Shown here: piece by piece, positions 53,444-63,882 of the stretch
Numbering within the stretch: position 1 is the stretch's first letter
How the letters are laid out: every line of letters begins with the position of its first letter
Assembly: GCA_027339965.1 (NCBI GenBank)
Contig: DAHWNL010000034.1
Coordinates: 1 to 64,000, forward strand
Reading direction: 5' to 3'
Origin: Granulicella sp.
GTDB taxonomy: Bacteria > Acidobacteriota > Terriglobia > Terriglobales > Acidobacteriaceae
Length of the DNA stretch: 64,000 nucleotides
The notes under the pieces: generated by a model
Told to the model about the DNA's origin: nothing
Seen by the model: the letters and a program-made list of their open reading frames with translations, nothing else
The model's database searches: none
Position numbers and translations under genes: made by a program

Positions 53444-54259
53444 TTGTCGGCCAAGCGAAAGCCCAAGCTCGGACAGAATTTTCTGGTGGACCAGAACGCC
53501 TGCCTGCGCTTGGCAAACTCCCTCGGAGATCTCAGCCGCCGAACCGTAGTGGAGATCGGCCCGGGGCATGGAGCCATCACCGAGTTGCTCGCCGAACGCT
53601 GTAAGAACCTGCACTGCGTCGAGTTCGACTCAGACCTGGCGCGAGAGTTGCAGCTTCGCTTTCGCCACCAGACCCATGTCATCATTCACCACGCGGACAT
53701 TCTCACCTCAGATCTTCACGCCATGCTGGGAGATTCCCAGTCTCTGGATGTCGTCGGCAACCTGCCCTATTACATCACCTCGGAGATCTTGCTGCTTCTG
53801 TTTGCCGCCGCTCGTCAAAGCACGATCTCGCGTGCCGTCTTGATGGTGCAGCGCGAGGTCGCCGACCGCATCGCCGCCTGTCCCGGAGCCAGGGATTACG
53901 GTGCGCTCTCTGCGCTGACACAGCTTCATGCGGCAGTCAACCACTTGTTTATTCTGCCCCCTGCGGCCTTCAAACCTCCGCCGGATGTCTACTCGACCGT
54001 GCTTCGGCTGGATTTTGCCCCGCGATTTGCCGAACTCGGAGTCTCTTTTGAAGGATTCAACACCTTCTTGCGCCTCAGCTTTGCACGAAAACGGAAGACG
54101 CTGGCCAATAATCTGCGCTCTGCCGGATACTCTGCCGCAGAACTTGCCGCCGCATGGCCCGCAAGCATTGCCGCCCAGGCGCGCTCAGAGGCTGTTCCGC
54201 TGCAAGCCATGGCGGAGCTGTATCGCTCGCTGCAGGCGGCCCGAGGACAGCAGCCGTAG
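53444..54259 (+). CDS. rsmA: 16S rRNA m6,2A dimethyltransferase RsmA/KsgA
   Basis: LGQNFL, VEIGPG.G, GNLPYYITS, MVQREVA.R, F.PPPDV.S, RKTL.NNL. Confidence 0.95.
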   Translation: MSAKRKPKLGQNFLVDQNACLRLANSLGDLSRRTVVEIGPGHGAITELLAERCKNLHCVEFDSDLARELQLRFRHQTHVIIHHADILTSDLHAMLGDSQSLDVVGNLPYYITSEILLLLFAAARQSTISRAVLMVQREVADRIAACPGARDYGALSALTQLHAAVNHLFILPPAAFKPPPDVYSTVLRLDFAPRFAELGVSFEGFNTFLRLSFARKRKTLANNLRSAGYSAAELAAAWPASIAAQARSEAVPLQAMAELYRSLQAARGQQP

Positions 54260-54271
54260 AAACGGGCCGCT

Positions 54272-54775
54272 TCAACGGAGCAGATGCTCCGCTGTCTGCG
54301 CGTGGTGGATGTGGCAGATGGCGATGGCCAGCGCATCGGCGGCATCGGCAGGCTGAGGAACCTTGTCCAGATTCAACAGCCGCGTCACCATGAACTGTAC
54401 CTGCTCTTTTGCTGCCAGACCGTAGCCCACAACCGAGTTTTTAATCGCCAAGGGAGCATATTCGGCTACCGGAACTCCGTAGTTGGCCGCCGCCAGCATC
54501 GCCACACCCCGCACCTGGCCCAACTTCAAGGCGCTCTTGGCGTTCGCCGAGAAAAAAACATCTTCAATGGCCACCACCTCGGGGCGCCAAAGCTGCAACA
54601 GCTCAGACAACTCGCCGTAGACCTGGAGCAGTCGCTGGGGAGTGGGATCCTTCTTGTTCAAGCGCACGGCCCCCGCACACAGCGGATGCAGCCTGGCGCC
54701 CCGCGCCCCGTCGCTGACCTCTACCACACCGTAGCCGGTGACCTCCGTCCCGCAATCGATGCCGAAGACCCTCAT
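54272..54775 (-). CDS. ruvC: Holliday junction resolvase RuvC
   Basis: GIDCG...TGYGV, IEDVFF, LGQVRG, GYG.AAKEQV, DAADALAIAICH. Confidence 0.95.
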   Translation of the reverse strand: MRVFGIDCGTEVTGYGVVEVSDGARGARLHPLCAGAVRLNKKDPTPQRLLQVYGELSELLQLWRPEVVAIEDVFFSANAKSALKLGQVRGVAMLAAANYGVPVAEYAPLAIKNSVVGYGLAAKEQVQFMVTRLLNLDKVPQPADAADALAIAICHIHHAQTAEHLLR

Positions 54776-54932
54776 GGGTACGAGTCTAAATCGAGAAGAG
54801 CGAGGCACTGCGCCTGAAGTTTTCAAGCAGCACCCCGCTCACCAGCCGGGCTTTGGAACCAACAGAGGTCATCGATACAATCGTGCCAAGGGCACAGGCG
54901 GCTCATGCCCTCACGAAGGTTGACAGATTCCC

Positions 54933-55829
54933 GTGAACGCTCTGCGATCTCCCATTCCGGCCAGGTTTTTGTTCGCCGGTCTGCTGACGATGGCCGCATT
55001 CTCCGGTCATGCGCTGGGACGAGCATCCGGAAGATCACCGACGGCAGGATCCAGAGCACAGGCCATCCCGAGACCACCCATCTCCACAACGTCGCAACCA
55101 CCGGCCACCAGCCCCGCACCCGTATCCATCCTCGCGCCGAGCGTCGTGCAGCGCCGGGTCATCGTGCTTGACCCGGCGCATGGAGGTGCTGACCCCGGAG
55201 CGCAGATCAGCGACACAACCTCGGAGAAGGATGTAACCTTAGCGCTGGCCTTCCGGCTGCGGGCGATGCTAGCAGCGCGCGGATTTACTGTCGTGATGAC
55301 GCGCGACTCGGATGCGCCGGCCTTACCGGCTCACGGAGACGGCAGCCTCACGCTGGATGATCGCGCCGGAGTGGCCAACCATGCTCATGCAGCAGCTTGT
55401 CTGGTGCTGCATGCCAGCAGCAGCGGAGACGGCGTGCATCTCTATCGCTCCGAACTGGACGCTGCCCCCGCAGAACCTATCGTGCCGCCATGGCTGACCG
55501 CACAGGCCGCCTGGATCCCACAGAGCCATCTTCTGCAAAGAGAGATCGCCAGAGCCTTGATGCGTTCCGGCATTCCGCTGGTGACGGGTTCTGTCTCCGT
55601 GCGGCCGATGGACTCCCTGACCTGCCCCGCCCTGATCGTCGAGTTGGCCCCTGCCGACGAGAACGTGGACAGCATTAACCGAACCGGTTACCAGCAGCAG
55701 GTGGCACGCGCGATCGCCGGAGCCCTGTTGGTCTGGGAGGGCCAGGTTCAGGGGCCACCCCAACTCTGGGTGGCCGCCACCCCAACCTCGCCGGCCGGAC
55801 ACAGCGGCAGAACGGCGCTGCACCCATGA
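54933..55829 (+). CDS. N-acetylmuramoyl-L-alanine amidase (Amidase_3)
   Basis: LDPAHGGAD.G, EKDVTL, TRDSD, L.DR...AN, LHA, LIVEL. Confidence 0.85.
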   Translation: MNALRSPIPARFLFAGLLTMAAFSGHALGRASGRSPTAGSRAQAIPRPPISTTSQPPATSPAPVSILAPSVVQRRVIVLDPAHGGADPGAQISDTTSEKDVTLALAFRLRAMLAARGFTVVMTRDSDAPALPAHGDGSLTLDDRAGVANHAHAAACLVLHASSSGDGVHLYRSELDAAPAEPIVPPWLTAQAAWIPQSHLLQREIARALMRSGIPLVTGSVSVRPMDSLTCPALIVELAPADENVDSINRTGYQQQVARAIAGALLVWEGQVQGPPQLWVAATPTSPAGHSGRTALHP

Positions 55830-56617
55830 GCGAAAGAAGCCAGCCAGCCCCGCGCCGCGCCCGGCCTGTCTCTCCGCATGCCGGGATTCAGAAGATCCAG
55901 CACCGTCAACGCAGCGTCTTCTGGTGTCTGATGCTGTGCATCTTCGCCATGGGTCTCCTTCTGGCGGTCGAGCGCCACAGGGAAAGACAGCGAATTGAGG
56001 CACTGGCCGAGCAGATGCCCATCGATGCGCCTACGGCGGTGGCAGAGACGGTGACCCTGGATCTGGCCAATGATCAGGACGGAAGCATTCATCCCGAGGT
56101 TCGCCAGATCGCCCTGCCGCAAGCCGTCAATGCGCGCGCCCGTGCCCTCATTGATCACCTGCTCGCTGCATACGCTCTGCCCGGCGCGGCCCATCCCCTG
56201 CCGCCGGGACCGGCCGTCGCCGAGGTGTTCCTGCTGCCCTTACCTGTGACGGGTTATGTAGCCAACCCCTCCTGGCCGGCCAGCAGCTCCGCTAAAGACC
56301 GAACAGCGACGCCCGTAGCCTCCAGAGATCCCATTGCCTTGCAACCACAGCGCCATGGCGGCGAACTGGCCGTCATCGACCTTCGCAACTCCTGGGTCAA
56401 CCAGCATCCCTCCGGCGTCGAGGTCGAGTCGCTCACCTTGAACTCGATCCTGGGCACCTTGCATCGCAATCTTCCTCAGATCGAGCAGGTGCGCTTTCTG
56501 GTGGATGGCCAGGCGCGTGAGACGCTGGCCGGCCATGCTGATCTTCTGCGCACCTACATCGTGCGCGACACATCCACCCAGACGGACGGAGACGCTCCTG
56601 AGCCGGTTCATCCATGA
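55826..56617 (+). CDS. GerMN-domain membrane protein
   Basis: One TM helix; AVID, E.LT..SI..TL..N.P.I..VRFLVDG..RETLAGH. Confidence 0.82.
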   Translation: MSERSQPAPRRARPVSPHAGIQKIQHRQRSVFWCLMLCIFAMGLLLAVERHRERQRIEALAEQMPIDAPTAVAETVTLDLANDQDGSIHPEVRQIALPQAVNARARALIDHLLAAYALPGAAHPLPPGPAVAEVFLLPLPVTGYVANPSWPASSSAKDRTATPVASRDPIALQPQRHGGELAVIDLRNSWVNQHPSGVEVESLTLNSILGTLHRNLPQIEQVRFLVDGQARETLAGHADLLRTYIVRDTSTQTDGDAPEPVHP

Positions 56618-56653
56618 AGAGCTCTCCCTGCAGAAGAAAATAGGAATCCAGGC

Positions 56654-57610
56654 ATGACAAAAGACAAGCACGAGAAAGCCATGGGTACTGCGCGGCCCCA
56701 CTCAAACCAGCTCGGGGAGCCCCTCGGCGCGCCGGGGCCGTCGGCGGCAGCCAGCCGCGCCGTAATCGCTGCGCCAGTCCGACGCGATGACCCACCGCAG
56801 CCACCCGTCATTGGCGTCTTTGACTCCGGCTTTGGCGGCCTCACCGTCCTGCGATCGCTGCTGGCGCGTATTCCCTCGGCACACTATATCTACCTGGGAG
56901 ACACAGCGCGCCTTCCTTATGGCGCAAAGTCTCCGGCGACCGTCGCCCGCTACGCCGTGGAAAGCGCCCGCTTCCTGGAGGAACGCGGCTGCCAATATCT
57001 GGTGATCGCCTGCAACACGGCCACGGCGCTGGCGCTCGAGGAGATCCGCATGGCTGTGCGGGTTCCTGTGCTGGGCGTGATTGAGCCCGGATCCCAGGCC
57101 GTCAGGCGCGAACTTCAAGATGCCGGCGGCGATGTTCTCGTTTTGGCCACCTCCGCCACCGTGCAGTCGCACGCCTATCGGGAAGCCTGCCGAAGGACTG
57201 GCCTGCGGGCCTTCGAGGTGGCCTGCCCTCTGCTGGTTCCTCTGGTGGAGGAGGGTTGGACAGACCACGATGTGACCCGGGCTGTCCTGCGCATCTATCT
57301 CTCCCAGGCCCTGGCGATCTGCCAGCCCAAAGCGGTTCTTCTCGGTTGCACGCACTATCCGCTGGTCGCCGGCGCGATCCAGGCGATGCTGCGAGAACTG
57401 GGATCAGATGCCATTGTGATCGACTCGGCCAAGGCGACGGCTGAGGCGGCCGAAACGGCACTTGGTGGTTGGTCCGCCACTGCGGCCGCGGAGGCCAAAG
57501 GCAACTTTGAGTGCTTTGCCACCGACTCCGTAGAGAAGTTTCAACGCCTCGGGAGCCTCTTTCTCGGTCAACCGATTGCGAGCGTGCACCTGCTCGACTT
57601 GGGCGGTTAG
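56654..57610 (+). CDS. murI: Glutamate racemase
   Basis: GVFDSGFGGLTV, DTARLPYG.KS, IACNTAT, LGCTHYP. Confidence 0.95.
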   Translation: MTKDKHEKAMGTARPHSNQLGEPLGAPGPSAAASRAVIAAPVRRDDPPQPPVIGVFDSGFGGLTVLRSLLARIPSAHYIYLGDTARLPYGAKSPATVARYAVESARFLEERGCQYLVIACNTATALALEEIRMAVRVPVLGVIEPGSQAVRRELQDAGGDVLVLATSATVQSHAYREACRRTGLRAFEVACPLLVPLVEEGWTDHDVTRAVLRIYLSQALAICQPKAVLLGCTHYPLVAGAIQAMLRELGSDAIVIDSAKATAEAAETALGGWSATAAAEAKGNFECFATDSVEKFQRLGSLFLGQPIASVHLLDLGG

Positions 57611-57683
57611 ATTCACCCTCAGGCGTCTTCCATCGGCAGGAAGATGGACACCCTAGATCCGGAACCAACTACACTGGAGAGGA

Positions 57684-58070
57684 ATGCACTACCTCCTGAA
57701 GACAGAACCGGAGAAATACTCCTTCGACGACCTTCTGCGCGACGGTGAAACCCTTTGGGATGGCGTAAAGAACGCACAAGCGTTGATGACGCTGCGCCAG
57801 ATGAGACGCGGCGAGACCTGCGTCATCTATCACTCCAATACAGGGAAGGTTGCCGTAGGCACTGCCAAAGTCATCTCTGTGACCGCCGACCCCAATGACC
57901 CGAAGACGCCTCTGGTCCGGCTTCAGGCCGGCAAGCGGCTCAAGCGGGAGAAGCCGCTGGCGGAGATTCGCCGGCAGGGCGCATTCCTTGGCTCCGTGAT
58001 GTTCCGGCAGTTTCGGCTCTCGGTTGTCCCTCTCTCCCAGGAGCAGTTCGATTGGCTTGTGCATGGCTAG
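57684..58070 (+). CDS. EVE domain protein
   Basis: YLLKTEP..YS, WDGVKN, IYHS, RLSVVP. Confidence 0.9.
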   Translation: MHYLLKTEPEKYSFDDLLRDGETLWDGVKNAQALMTLRQMRRGETCVIYHSNTGKVAVGTAKVISVTADPNDPKTPLVRLQAGKRLKREKPLAEIRRQGAFLGSVMFRQFRLSVVPLSQEQFDWLVHG

Positions 58071-58273
58071 GCCGTGCTTTCCCTTCCAGAACCTGTGACT
58101 TCTCGGCATCGATGATGCCTCTTGACGTGGGCCAGCCCCGTTGCATGCCCGCTCCCACAGATGGATGGACAAGAATAGGTCTTCGGAAGCCGGCACAGCG
58201 CCAAAGCAAGCCGGAAACTGCTATCCTTACCCTCGGTTCGTTTGATTTTCCAGCCAGTTCAGGAGTCTTCAGC

Positions 58274-59050
58274 ATGATTGATATGAAGGGCAAGGTGGCC
58301 GTGGTCTTCGGCCTCGCCAACAAGCGGAGCATCGCCTATGCGATAGCCGAAAAGCTCTCCGATGCGGGCGCAACTCTGGTGCTGTGTTACCAGAATGAGC
58401 GGCTGCGAGCGGAGGCTGAGGATCTGATCGAAGCTCTTGGACAGAAGAGCGCAGCGCTGGCTGTTCAATGTGATCTTGCCGTTGACGCGGAGATCGAGAC
58501 GGCCTTTGCCAGGATTGCGGAGACCTTTCCGGTCATCCACACCGTGGTGCATTCCGTGGCTTTTGCCCCGCAAGACGCCCTGAAAAATGACTTTTTATTG
58601 ACCAAACGCGAAGACTTCCGGATCGCCCACGACGTAAGCGTCTACTCTCTGATCGCGGTCTCACGCGCCGCAGCGCCTCTCATGACGGAGGGCGGATCCA
58701 TCATGACCATGACCTACTACGGCAGCCAGAAGGTCTTCCCCAACTACAACGTGATGGGCGTTGCCAAAGCGGCGCTGGAGGCAACGGTGCGTTATCTGGC
58801 CGCCTCCCTGGGCAGCAGACAGATTCGCGTGAACGCGATCTCTGCAGGCCCGATCCGGACGCTTGCGGCGCGGGGCGTGGGCGACTTCTCTGTGCTGCTG
58901 GACGCGGTGAACGCGCGCTCTCCACTGCACAGGAACATCGAACAGGCAGAGGTTGGCAAAGTCGCGGTCTTCCTGGCCAGCGATCTCTCCAGCGGCATGA
59001 CCGGTGAAGTGACCTATGTCGATAGCGGGTTTCACATCACCGGAATCTAG
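58274..59050 (+). CDS. fabI: Enoyl-ACP reductase FabI
   Basis: GLANKRSIA, HSVAFAP, YNVMGVAKAALE, NAISAGPIRTLAA; AGGAG SD before ATG 58274. Confidence 0.95.
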   Translation: MIDMKGKVAVVFGLANKRSIAYAIAEKLSDAGATLVLCYQNERLRAEAEDLIEALGQKSAALAVQCDLAVDAEIETAFARIAETFPVIHTVVHSVAFAPQDALKNDFLLTKREDFRIAHDVSVYSLIAVSRAAAPLMTEGGSIMTMTYYGSQKVFPNYNVMGVAKAALEATVRYLAASLGSRQIRVNAISAGPIRTLAARGVGDFSVLLDAVNARSPLHRNIEQAEVGKVAVFLASDLSSGMTGEVTYVDSGFHITGI

Positions 59051-59094
59051 ATTTCCGATTGGCGCATGAAAGTTTCACACGGAGGGATCCACAG

Positions 59095-59610
59095 ATGTCC
59101 ATCGCTGCATTGCTGCTGGAAGACTTTGACATAGAAATCTCCAATACTCGCCGCACCCTGGAGCGGGTTCCCAACGACAAGGCGGACTGGACGCCGCATA
59201 GCCGTTCCATGCCGATGGGCAAACTGGCGATGCACTGCGCCACACTGCCGTTGTTTGCCTTCTACGTCGTGGAGGACGAAGGCATGGACATGGCCAGCTC
59301 AAAACGCGAGCATGCGTCGCTGGTCTTCGAGTCGCGGGATCTGTGCCTGGCGCGCCTGGACGAGTCTGCCGCCATGTGCCGAAAGGCGCTGGCGTCAGCC
59401 AGTGATGAACACCTGGCGAAGCTCTGGCCGTTCTCTTTTGGCGCGCAGACCATCCTGAACGAGCCACGCTCCAAAACCTACAAGCTGCTTTTCCTGAACC
59501 ACATGATCCACCACACCGCCCAACTGGGCGTCTACCTGCGGTTGAACGATATTCCAGTGCCCGCACTGTATGGACCGTCAGCGGATGAGCAGTGGGAAAT
59601 GCGGAAATAA
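59095..59610 (+). CDS. DinB family protein
   Basis: TRRTLERVP, W.PH.RSM..G.LA.H, NHMIHH.AQL.VYLR...VPALYGPSADE. Confidence 0.88.
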   Translation: MSIAALLLEDFDIEISNTRRTLERVPNDKADWTPHSRSMPMGKLAMHCATLPLFAFYVVEDEGMDMASSKREHASLVFESRDLCLARLDESAAMCRKALASASDEHLAKLWPFSFGAQTILNEPRSKTYKLLFLNHMIHHTAQLGVYLRLNDIPVPALYGPSADEQWEMRK

Positions 59611-59664
59611 GCGAAATGGAAGTGGGTGCCTCCCAGAGCTTCGGCCGGAGCGCAAAGACCGCAG

Positions 59665-61533
59665 CTAGCCTGCCTTCTCGCTCAGCTCCGCCCAACGCTG
59701 GTAGATTGCGTCGTGTTCGGCCCGAGCAGCGTTCATCTCTGCCAGCGCCTCGGTGAGCGCAACCGGGTTTGTGACGACGGCCGGATCTTCCAGCCTCTTG
59801 CTCGCTGCTGAGAGCCGGTGGTCTGCCTTGTCAACGCGCTCCTCCATACCGTCGAACTCCCGCTGCTCCAGATAGGAGAGTTTCTTGCGGCTCGGCGCAG
59901 ACGAGGAGGCCGACGCTGCGGCGGTGTTCAATGGCAGCTCCGTGCCCTGCTGCGCAGGCTCGGCGTCCGCGCCGCCAGATTCTTCCTCCCTCCACTGTTC
60001 CCATTGCCTGTAGTCGGCAAAGATCCGCGCCTGGCCGCGTCCATCCAGTCCCAGCACGATGTTGGAGACGCGATCCAGCAGATAACGGTCATGCGTCACC
60101 AGCACCAAAGCCCCCTTGAACTCAAGCAGTGCCTCCTCCAGAATCTCCAGCGTGGGTATATCCAGGTCGTTGGTCGGCTCGTCGAGCATGAGGACATCGG
60201 CTGGCTGCAGCATCAGCCGCGCGATCAGCACCCGGCCACGCTCACCGCCGCTCAACCGTTCCACAGGCTGGTTCAATTGGTCGCCAGTGAACAGAAACCT
60301 GGCCGCATAACTGGCTACATGGACCACACGGTCCTGGTAGACCACTGCATCGGAGTCCGGAGCTAATGCCCTCCGCAGAGTGAGTGAGGGGTCAATCTCG
60401 CGCATCTGTGAAAAGTAGACCGTGCGCAGACCCTGGGCACGCTTGATCTCGCCGCCCGCAATCGGGATTTCTCCGGAGATAGCGCGCAGGATGGTCGTCT
60501 TGCCGCTGCCATTGGGGCCTACCAAGCCGAGCTTCATGCCGTTGGTCACGCTAAAGCTGACTGCGCGCACAATCTCCCGCCCGCCCAGAGCGATACTCAC
60601 GTCGTTCAGGGCGATCAACCTCCGGGTCTGACGGTCGGTTGCTGCGAACTCGATTCCCGCGGTTGCTGTGCGGGTGCGGGCGTCCACGTCAGCGAGCTTG
60701 CCGATCAGCTCCTGGGCGTTGTCGATGCGCGCCTTGGCTTTGGTGGCCCGCGCTTTGGGCCCGCGCCGCAGCCACTCAATCTCTGTTTTGACGCTATTGC
60801 GCAGGCTCTCCTGCATCCTGCTCTGGGCCTCCTGGTACTGCTCGCGCCCCTCCAGAAACCTGGAGTAGCTGCCACGCACCCGCAGAATGCCCTCAGCATA
60901 AAGCCGATTCAACTCCACGACCTCGCTGGCTACGTTCTCCAGGAAGTAGCGGTCATGCGAAACCACCACGCAGGCAAAACGGGCTGTCCGAAGCACGCCC
61001 TCCAACCACTCAATTCCTTCCAGGTCTAGGTGGTTGGTCGGCTCGTCGAGCAACAAGACATCGGGGTCAGTCACCATGGCCTCGGCGATGGCCAAACGCT
61101 TGCGCCAACCGCCGGAGAGGCTAGCTGCTGCGGTGTCCATGTGATTGGCTGTGGCCGCGCCCTGATCCGCAAAGCCGGCGCGTCCCAGCGTCTCGCGTAA
61201 CCGTCCCTCCATCTCTTCACTTCCGAAGCTGGAGTAGGCCGAGTTCTCCGCACCCCGCAGGGCGGATTCCAAAACACCGCGCACCGTAAGTCCAGCGGCG
61301 AACTCGGAGATCTGGCGAACGTAGCCAACCCGGGCTCGACGGCGCACAGAAACCTCTCCGCGATCCGGCTCGACTTCACCGGCAAGCACCGCCAGCAGCG
61401 TAGACTTCCCAGCCCCGTTCGGGCCGATGAGGCCAATGCGGTCGCCTTCATTTACGGCAAAGCAGATGTCTTCAAACAGGGGTGTCGCCCCAAAGCGTTT
61501 CGAGACGCCTTGAGCATTCAGAATCGGCGGCAT
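59665..61533 (-). CDS. ABC-F family ATP-binding protein (Uup-like)
   Basis: Two ABC domains (GPNGAGKS/LSGG/LDEPTNHLD and GPNGSGKT/LSGGE/LDEPTNDLD), EIEWLRRGPKAR linker, C-terminal coiled coil, no TM segment. Confidence 0.92.
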   Translation of the reverse strand: MPPILNAQGVSKRFGATPLFEDICFAVNEGDRIGLIGPNGAGKSTLLAVLAGEVEPDRGEVSVRRRARVGYVRQISEFAAGLTVRGVLESALRGAENSAYSSFGSEEMEGRLRETLGRAGFADQGAATANHMDTAAASLSGGWRKRLAIAEAMVTDPDVLLLDEPTNHLDLEGIEWLEGVLRTARFACVVVSHDRYFLENVASEVVELNRLYAEGILRVRGSYSRFLEGREQYQEAQSRMQESLRNSVKTEIEWLRRGPKARATKAKARIDNAQELIGKLADVDARTRTATAGIEFAATDRQTRRLIALNDVSIALGGREIVRAVSFSVTNGMKLGLVGPNGSGKTTILRAISGEIPIAGGEIKRAQGLRTVYFSQMREIDPSLTLRRALAPDSDAVVYQDRVVHVASYAARFLFTGDQLNQPVERLSGGERGRVLIARLMLQPADVLMLDEPTNDLDIPTLEILEEALLEFKGALVLVTHDRYLLDRVSNIVLGLDGRGQARIFADYRQWEQWREEESGGADAEPAQQGTELPLNTAAASASSSAPSRKKLSYLEQREFDGMEERVDKADHRLSAASKRLEDPAVVTNPVALTEALAEMNAARAEHDAIYQRWAELSEKAG

Positions 61534-61610
61534 GGCTTCAGTTTACCGGTTCTGCCGGCGGGGCACTGCATAGCGGCTGATCGCCAGCAACGGAGGAAGC
61601 GGCGGAAGCT

Positions 61611-61919
61611 CTACTCCAGATCGAAGTCACGCAGCGGCTTGCCCGTCAGCGGCGACTCCTTGGCCTTCTTCACCGCCTCAGCAAACTTCTTCGCCATCAC
61701 GTCTTCTTTGTTTTTTTCCGCCTGAACGGATTGGGCAAAGATCGACTCACGTCGTGCGTCCTGCTCCTTGAGCGCCCGGGCCGCTGCGCTCAGGTCCTCG
61801 AAGGTCTTCTTGCGCGGCGCCGGCGTGTGCGCGATCACCGTACGGCTGATCGGGTCTACCTTCAATATTCCACCACAATCCGGGCACATCACCTCAAATG
61901 GCTCATCGCTCAATCCCAT
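61611..61919 (-). CDS. Hypothetical protein with N-terminal CPxC motif and charged helical C-terminus
   Basis: Coding-like composition; EVMCPDCGG...PLRDFDLE; GAGG upstream. Confidence 0.7.
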   Translation of the reverse strand: MGLSDEPFEVMCPDCGGILKVDPISRTVIAHTPAPRKKTFEDLSAAARALKEQDARRESIFAQSVQAEKNKEDVMAKKFAEAVKKAKESPLTGKPLRDFDLE

Positions 61920-61965
61920 GACACACAACCTCAGCTAACGATTGTACGGCGGCGGAACATACCTG

Positions 61966-62178
61966 TTAGGAGAAGCGAGGAGTATCGCGCAGCGCCCAGA
62001 TGAGGGCCACCACCCAGCCAATCAGGGTCCAGCCAAAGAACAGGTTAACCAGAAAGATCCACCAGAAGTTGTTCGCGTGGCGGGAGCCAGCGACGAAGGT
62101 GGGCAAAAAGTGGATCAAAATCACCACGGCGCCCATCAGGACTAAAAGAAGAAGCGGTAATCCCAAAATATAAGCCAT
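61966..62178 (-). CDS. Superinfection immunity (T4 Imm-like) membrane protein
   Basis: FLPTFVA..R......IFLVNLFFGWTLIGWVVALIWA matches the Imm_superinfect family signature. Confidence 0.82.
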   Translation of the reverse strand: MAYILGLPLLLLVLMGAVVILIHFLPTFVAGSRHANNFWWIFLVNLFFGWTLIGWVVALIWALRDTPRFS

Positions 62179-62220
62179 GCCTTGCAGTATGCCTCTGAAC
62201 GCACTCTGTGTACATGGAAA

Positions 62221-63882
62221 TCAAAGAGAAAGCACCAGGTGCTCCGCCCGCTCGACGGACGCATGTTGGATCAGCTGTGCGGCCAGATCCTCGTCGTGGC
62301 GGGCCAGAAACCAGATTCCTCCCAGCACTCTTTCCTGCAGATGTCCCTCCGGGAACAGGTTCAGCATGATGGCCGACGCATGCCTGTTCAGGGAAGATTC
62401 TTTGTGCACCTCAAAGTTCGCCGCCATGCGGCGCAGGCGATTCATCTGGTAACGCATCTTGCTGGCTGAAACCCCTGCGGCGCGGCCCAGCTCCGCGCTG
62501 AGCGAAGCCATGTAAGCAGTGAGCGCTGCCAGCTCAGCTTCCAGGGTGTTCCCAACCGCTGCAAGTTTCCGTTTGCCTTCGATCGGCATGGCGCGGGCGC
62601 CCATCTTCTGTGCCAGGGCTGCCGCCGTCTTCGCCTCCAGCACATCGGAAAACCGCAACTCGTGGGCGGCCAGCGTGTTCGCAATGGCAGGCTCAACCAG
62701 CGTAGCCATCATTCGCGGCAGCACCGGTGTCACCCGGCCCAGAATCTGGCGGTATAACACCTCAGCTTGAGCGAAGTACGCCACTTCCGCTGGTCCCCCC
62801 ACGTACGCCGCCGTAGGCAGAATCGCATCCTGGAACACCGGGCGCAGCAGGGCGTTCGGGCTCAGACGCTCCGGCTCCGTCGCCAGAACTTCAAGCAGAT
62901 CCGCCGTTGTATACGCCTTTGCTCCCGCCTTCCACCCACCCTGCGCCAAACGGAGCAAAGGCCGCCTGGCGCCGCTCTCGTGATCCAGTAGAAAGAGCAG
63001 CGAATGGTCTGCGGTGACCAGTACCTGAGCGTGATATCCGTGCTCTTCCAACTCCAGCGAACGCTGTAAAAGCAACTCCCTCATCTCGTCGGAGCGCTCC
63101 AGGGCGGCCCGGAGCACACCTGCGCCCATAGCGTGGAAGGCGCGTGAGCCGGCATCCATCACCACCAGCCCGTGTGCGGCAAAGATCTTGCTGAGCAGCT
63201 TGCCGAAGGCAGATGCCATCGTCGCTCCCGGCGCATAACACTCGCGCAGCAGATCGCAGATGGGCGACCAGCCCAGCAGAGCGCAGGCGCGATCCAGCGT
63301 CACCTCAAGGCTCTCCTTGCTCGCTCCGCCTCCATCACCCAACCGCAGCCCCCCTACAGGAAGCGGACGGCTGACCTGGAGACCCAGACGTAAAGTTTCC
63401 ACCGTTGCCTGTCCCCCGGTCTTCGACAGCAGCGCCACCTGATCGGCCTCGGCTAGGTCGTGATCCTCACTAGCCATCCAAAAGATGGGCACATGCATCC
63501 GGCCGCTGGCCGCAGTGGCGTCTTGCGCCTTGCGAATGGCCGTGGCAGCCTTCAGCAGGGTCAACAATGGGCCGCCAAAGAGTGAAACTTGCTGGCCGGT
63601 CACCACGACGGCTGCGCCGTCACGCAGACTCGCGATGTTGGCCAGCGCCGCCGGACCCGCGGCCATCTGCTTGGCCTGTTCCGCCAGCGCACTCGCCAGT
63701 TCTACCCTTCGTTCTGCTTCCAGCCGGGGGGACGATCTCGCCCACCCCAGAGAGAACGGATCTGCCGGATACCAGCGCCGCACTCCTGTCCGGTCCGGAA
63801 AAGCAGCCATCTCCGTGAAGTTGCGAAACAGCGCCGTTGTTCCGGGTAAGGTCGAAAGGGGGTAGCTCTCTATTTCTTCCAT
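62221..63882 (-). CDS. bshC: Bacillithiol biosynthesis cysteine-adding enzyme BshC
   Basis: VVTGQQ..LFGGP, PIFWMASEDHD..E, SPNALLRPVFQD..LPT..YVGGPAEVAYFAQ, LQERV. Confidence 0.92.
   Translation of the reverse strand: MEEIESYPLSTLPGTTALFRNFTEMAAFPDRTGVRRWYPADPFSLGWARSSPRLEAERRVELASALAEQAKQMAAGPAALANIASLRDGAAVVVTGQQVSLFGGPLLTLLKAATAIRKAQDATAASGRMHVPIFWMASEDHDLAEADQVALLSKTGGQATVETLRLGLQVSRPLPVGGLRLGDGGGASKESLEVTLDRACALLGWSPICDLLRECYAPGATMASAFGKLLSKIFAAHGLVVMDAGSRAFHAMGAGVLRAALERSDEMRELLLQRSLELEEHGYHAQVLVTADHSLLFLLDHESGARRPLLRLAQGGWKAGAKAYTTADLLEVLATEPERLSPNALLRPVFQDAILPTAAYVGGPAEVAYFAQAEVLYRQILGRVTPVLPRMMATLVEPAIANTLAAHELRFSDVLEAKTAAALAQKMGARAMPIEGKRKLAAVGNTLEAELAALTAYMASLSAELGRAAGVSASKMRYQMNRLRRMAANFEVHKESSLNRHASAIMLNLFPEGHLQERVLGGIWFLARHDEDLAAQLIQHASVERAEHLVLSL

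Noticed and set aside
57684..58070. EVE domain as part of a modification-dependent restriction system
   Set aside because: It is a stand-alone EVE protein between murI and fabI, with no nuclease or toxin partner.
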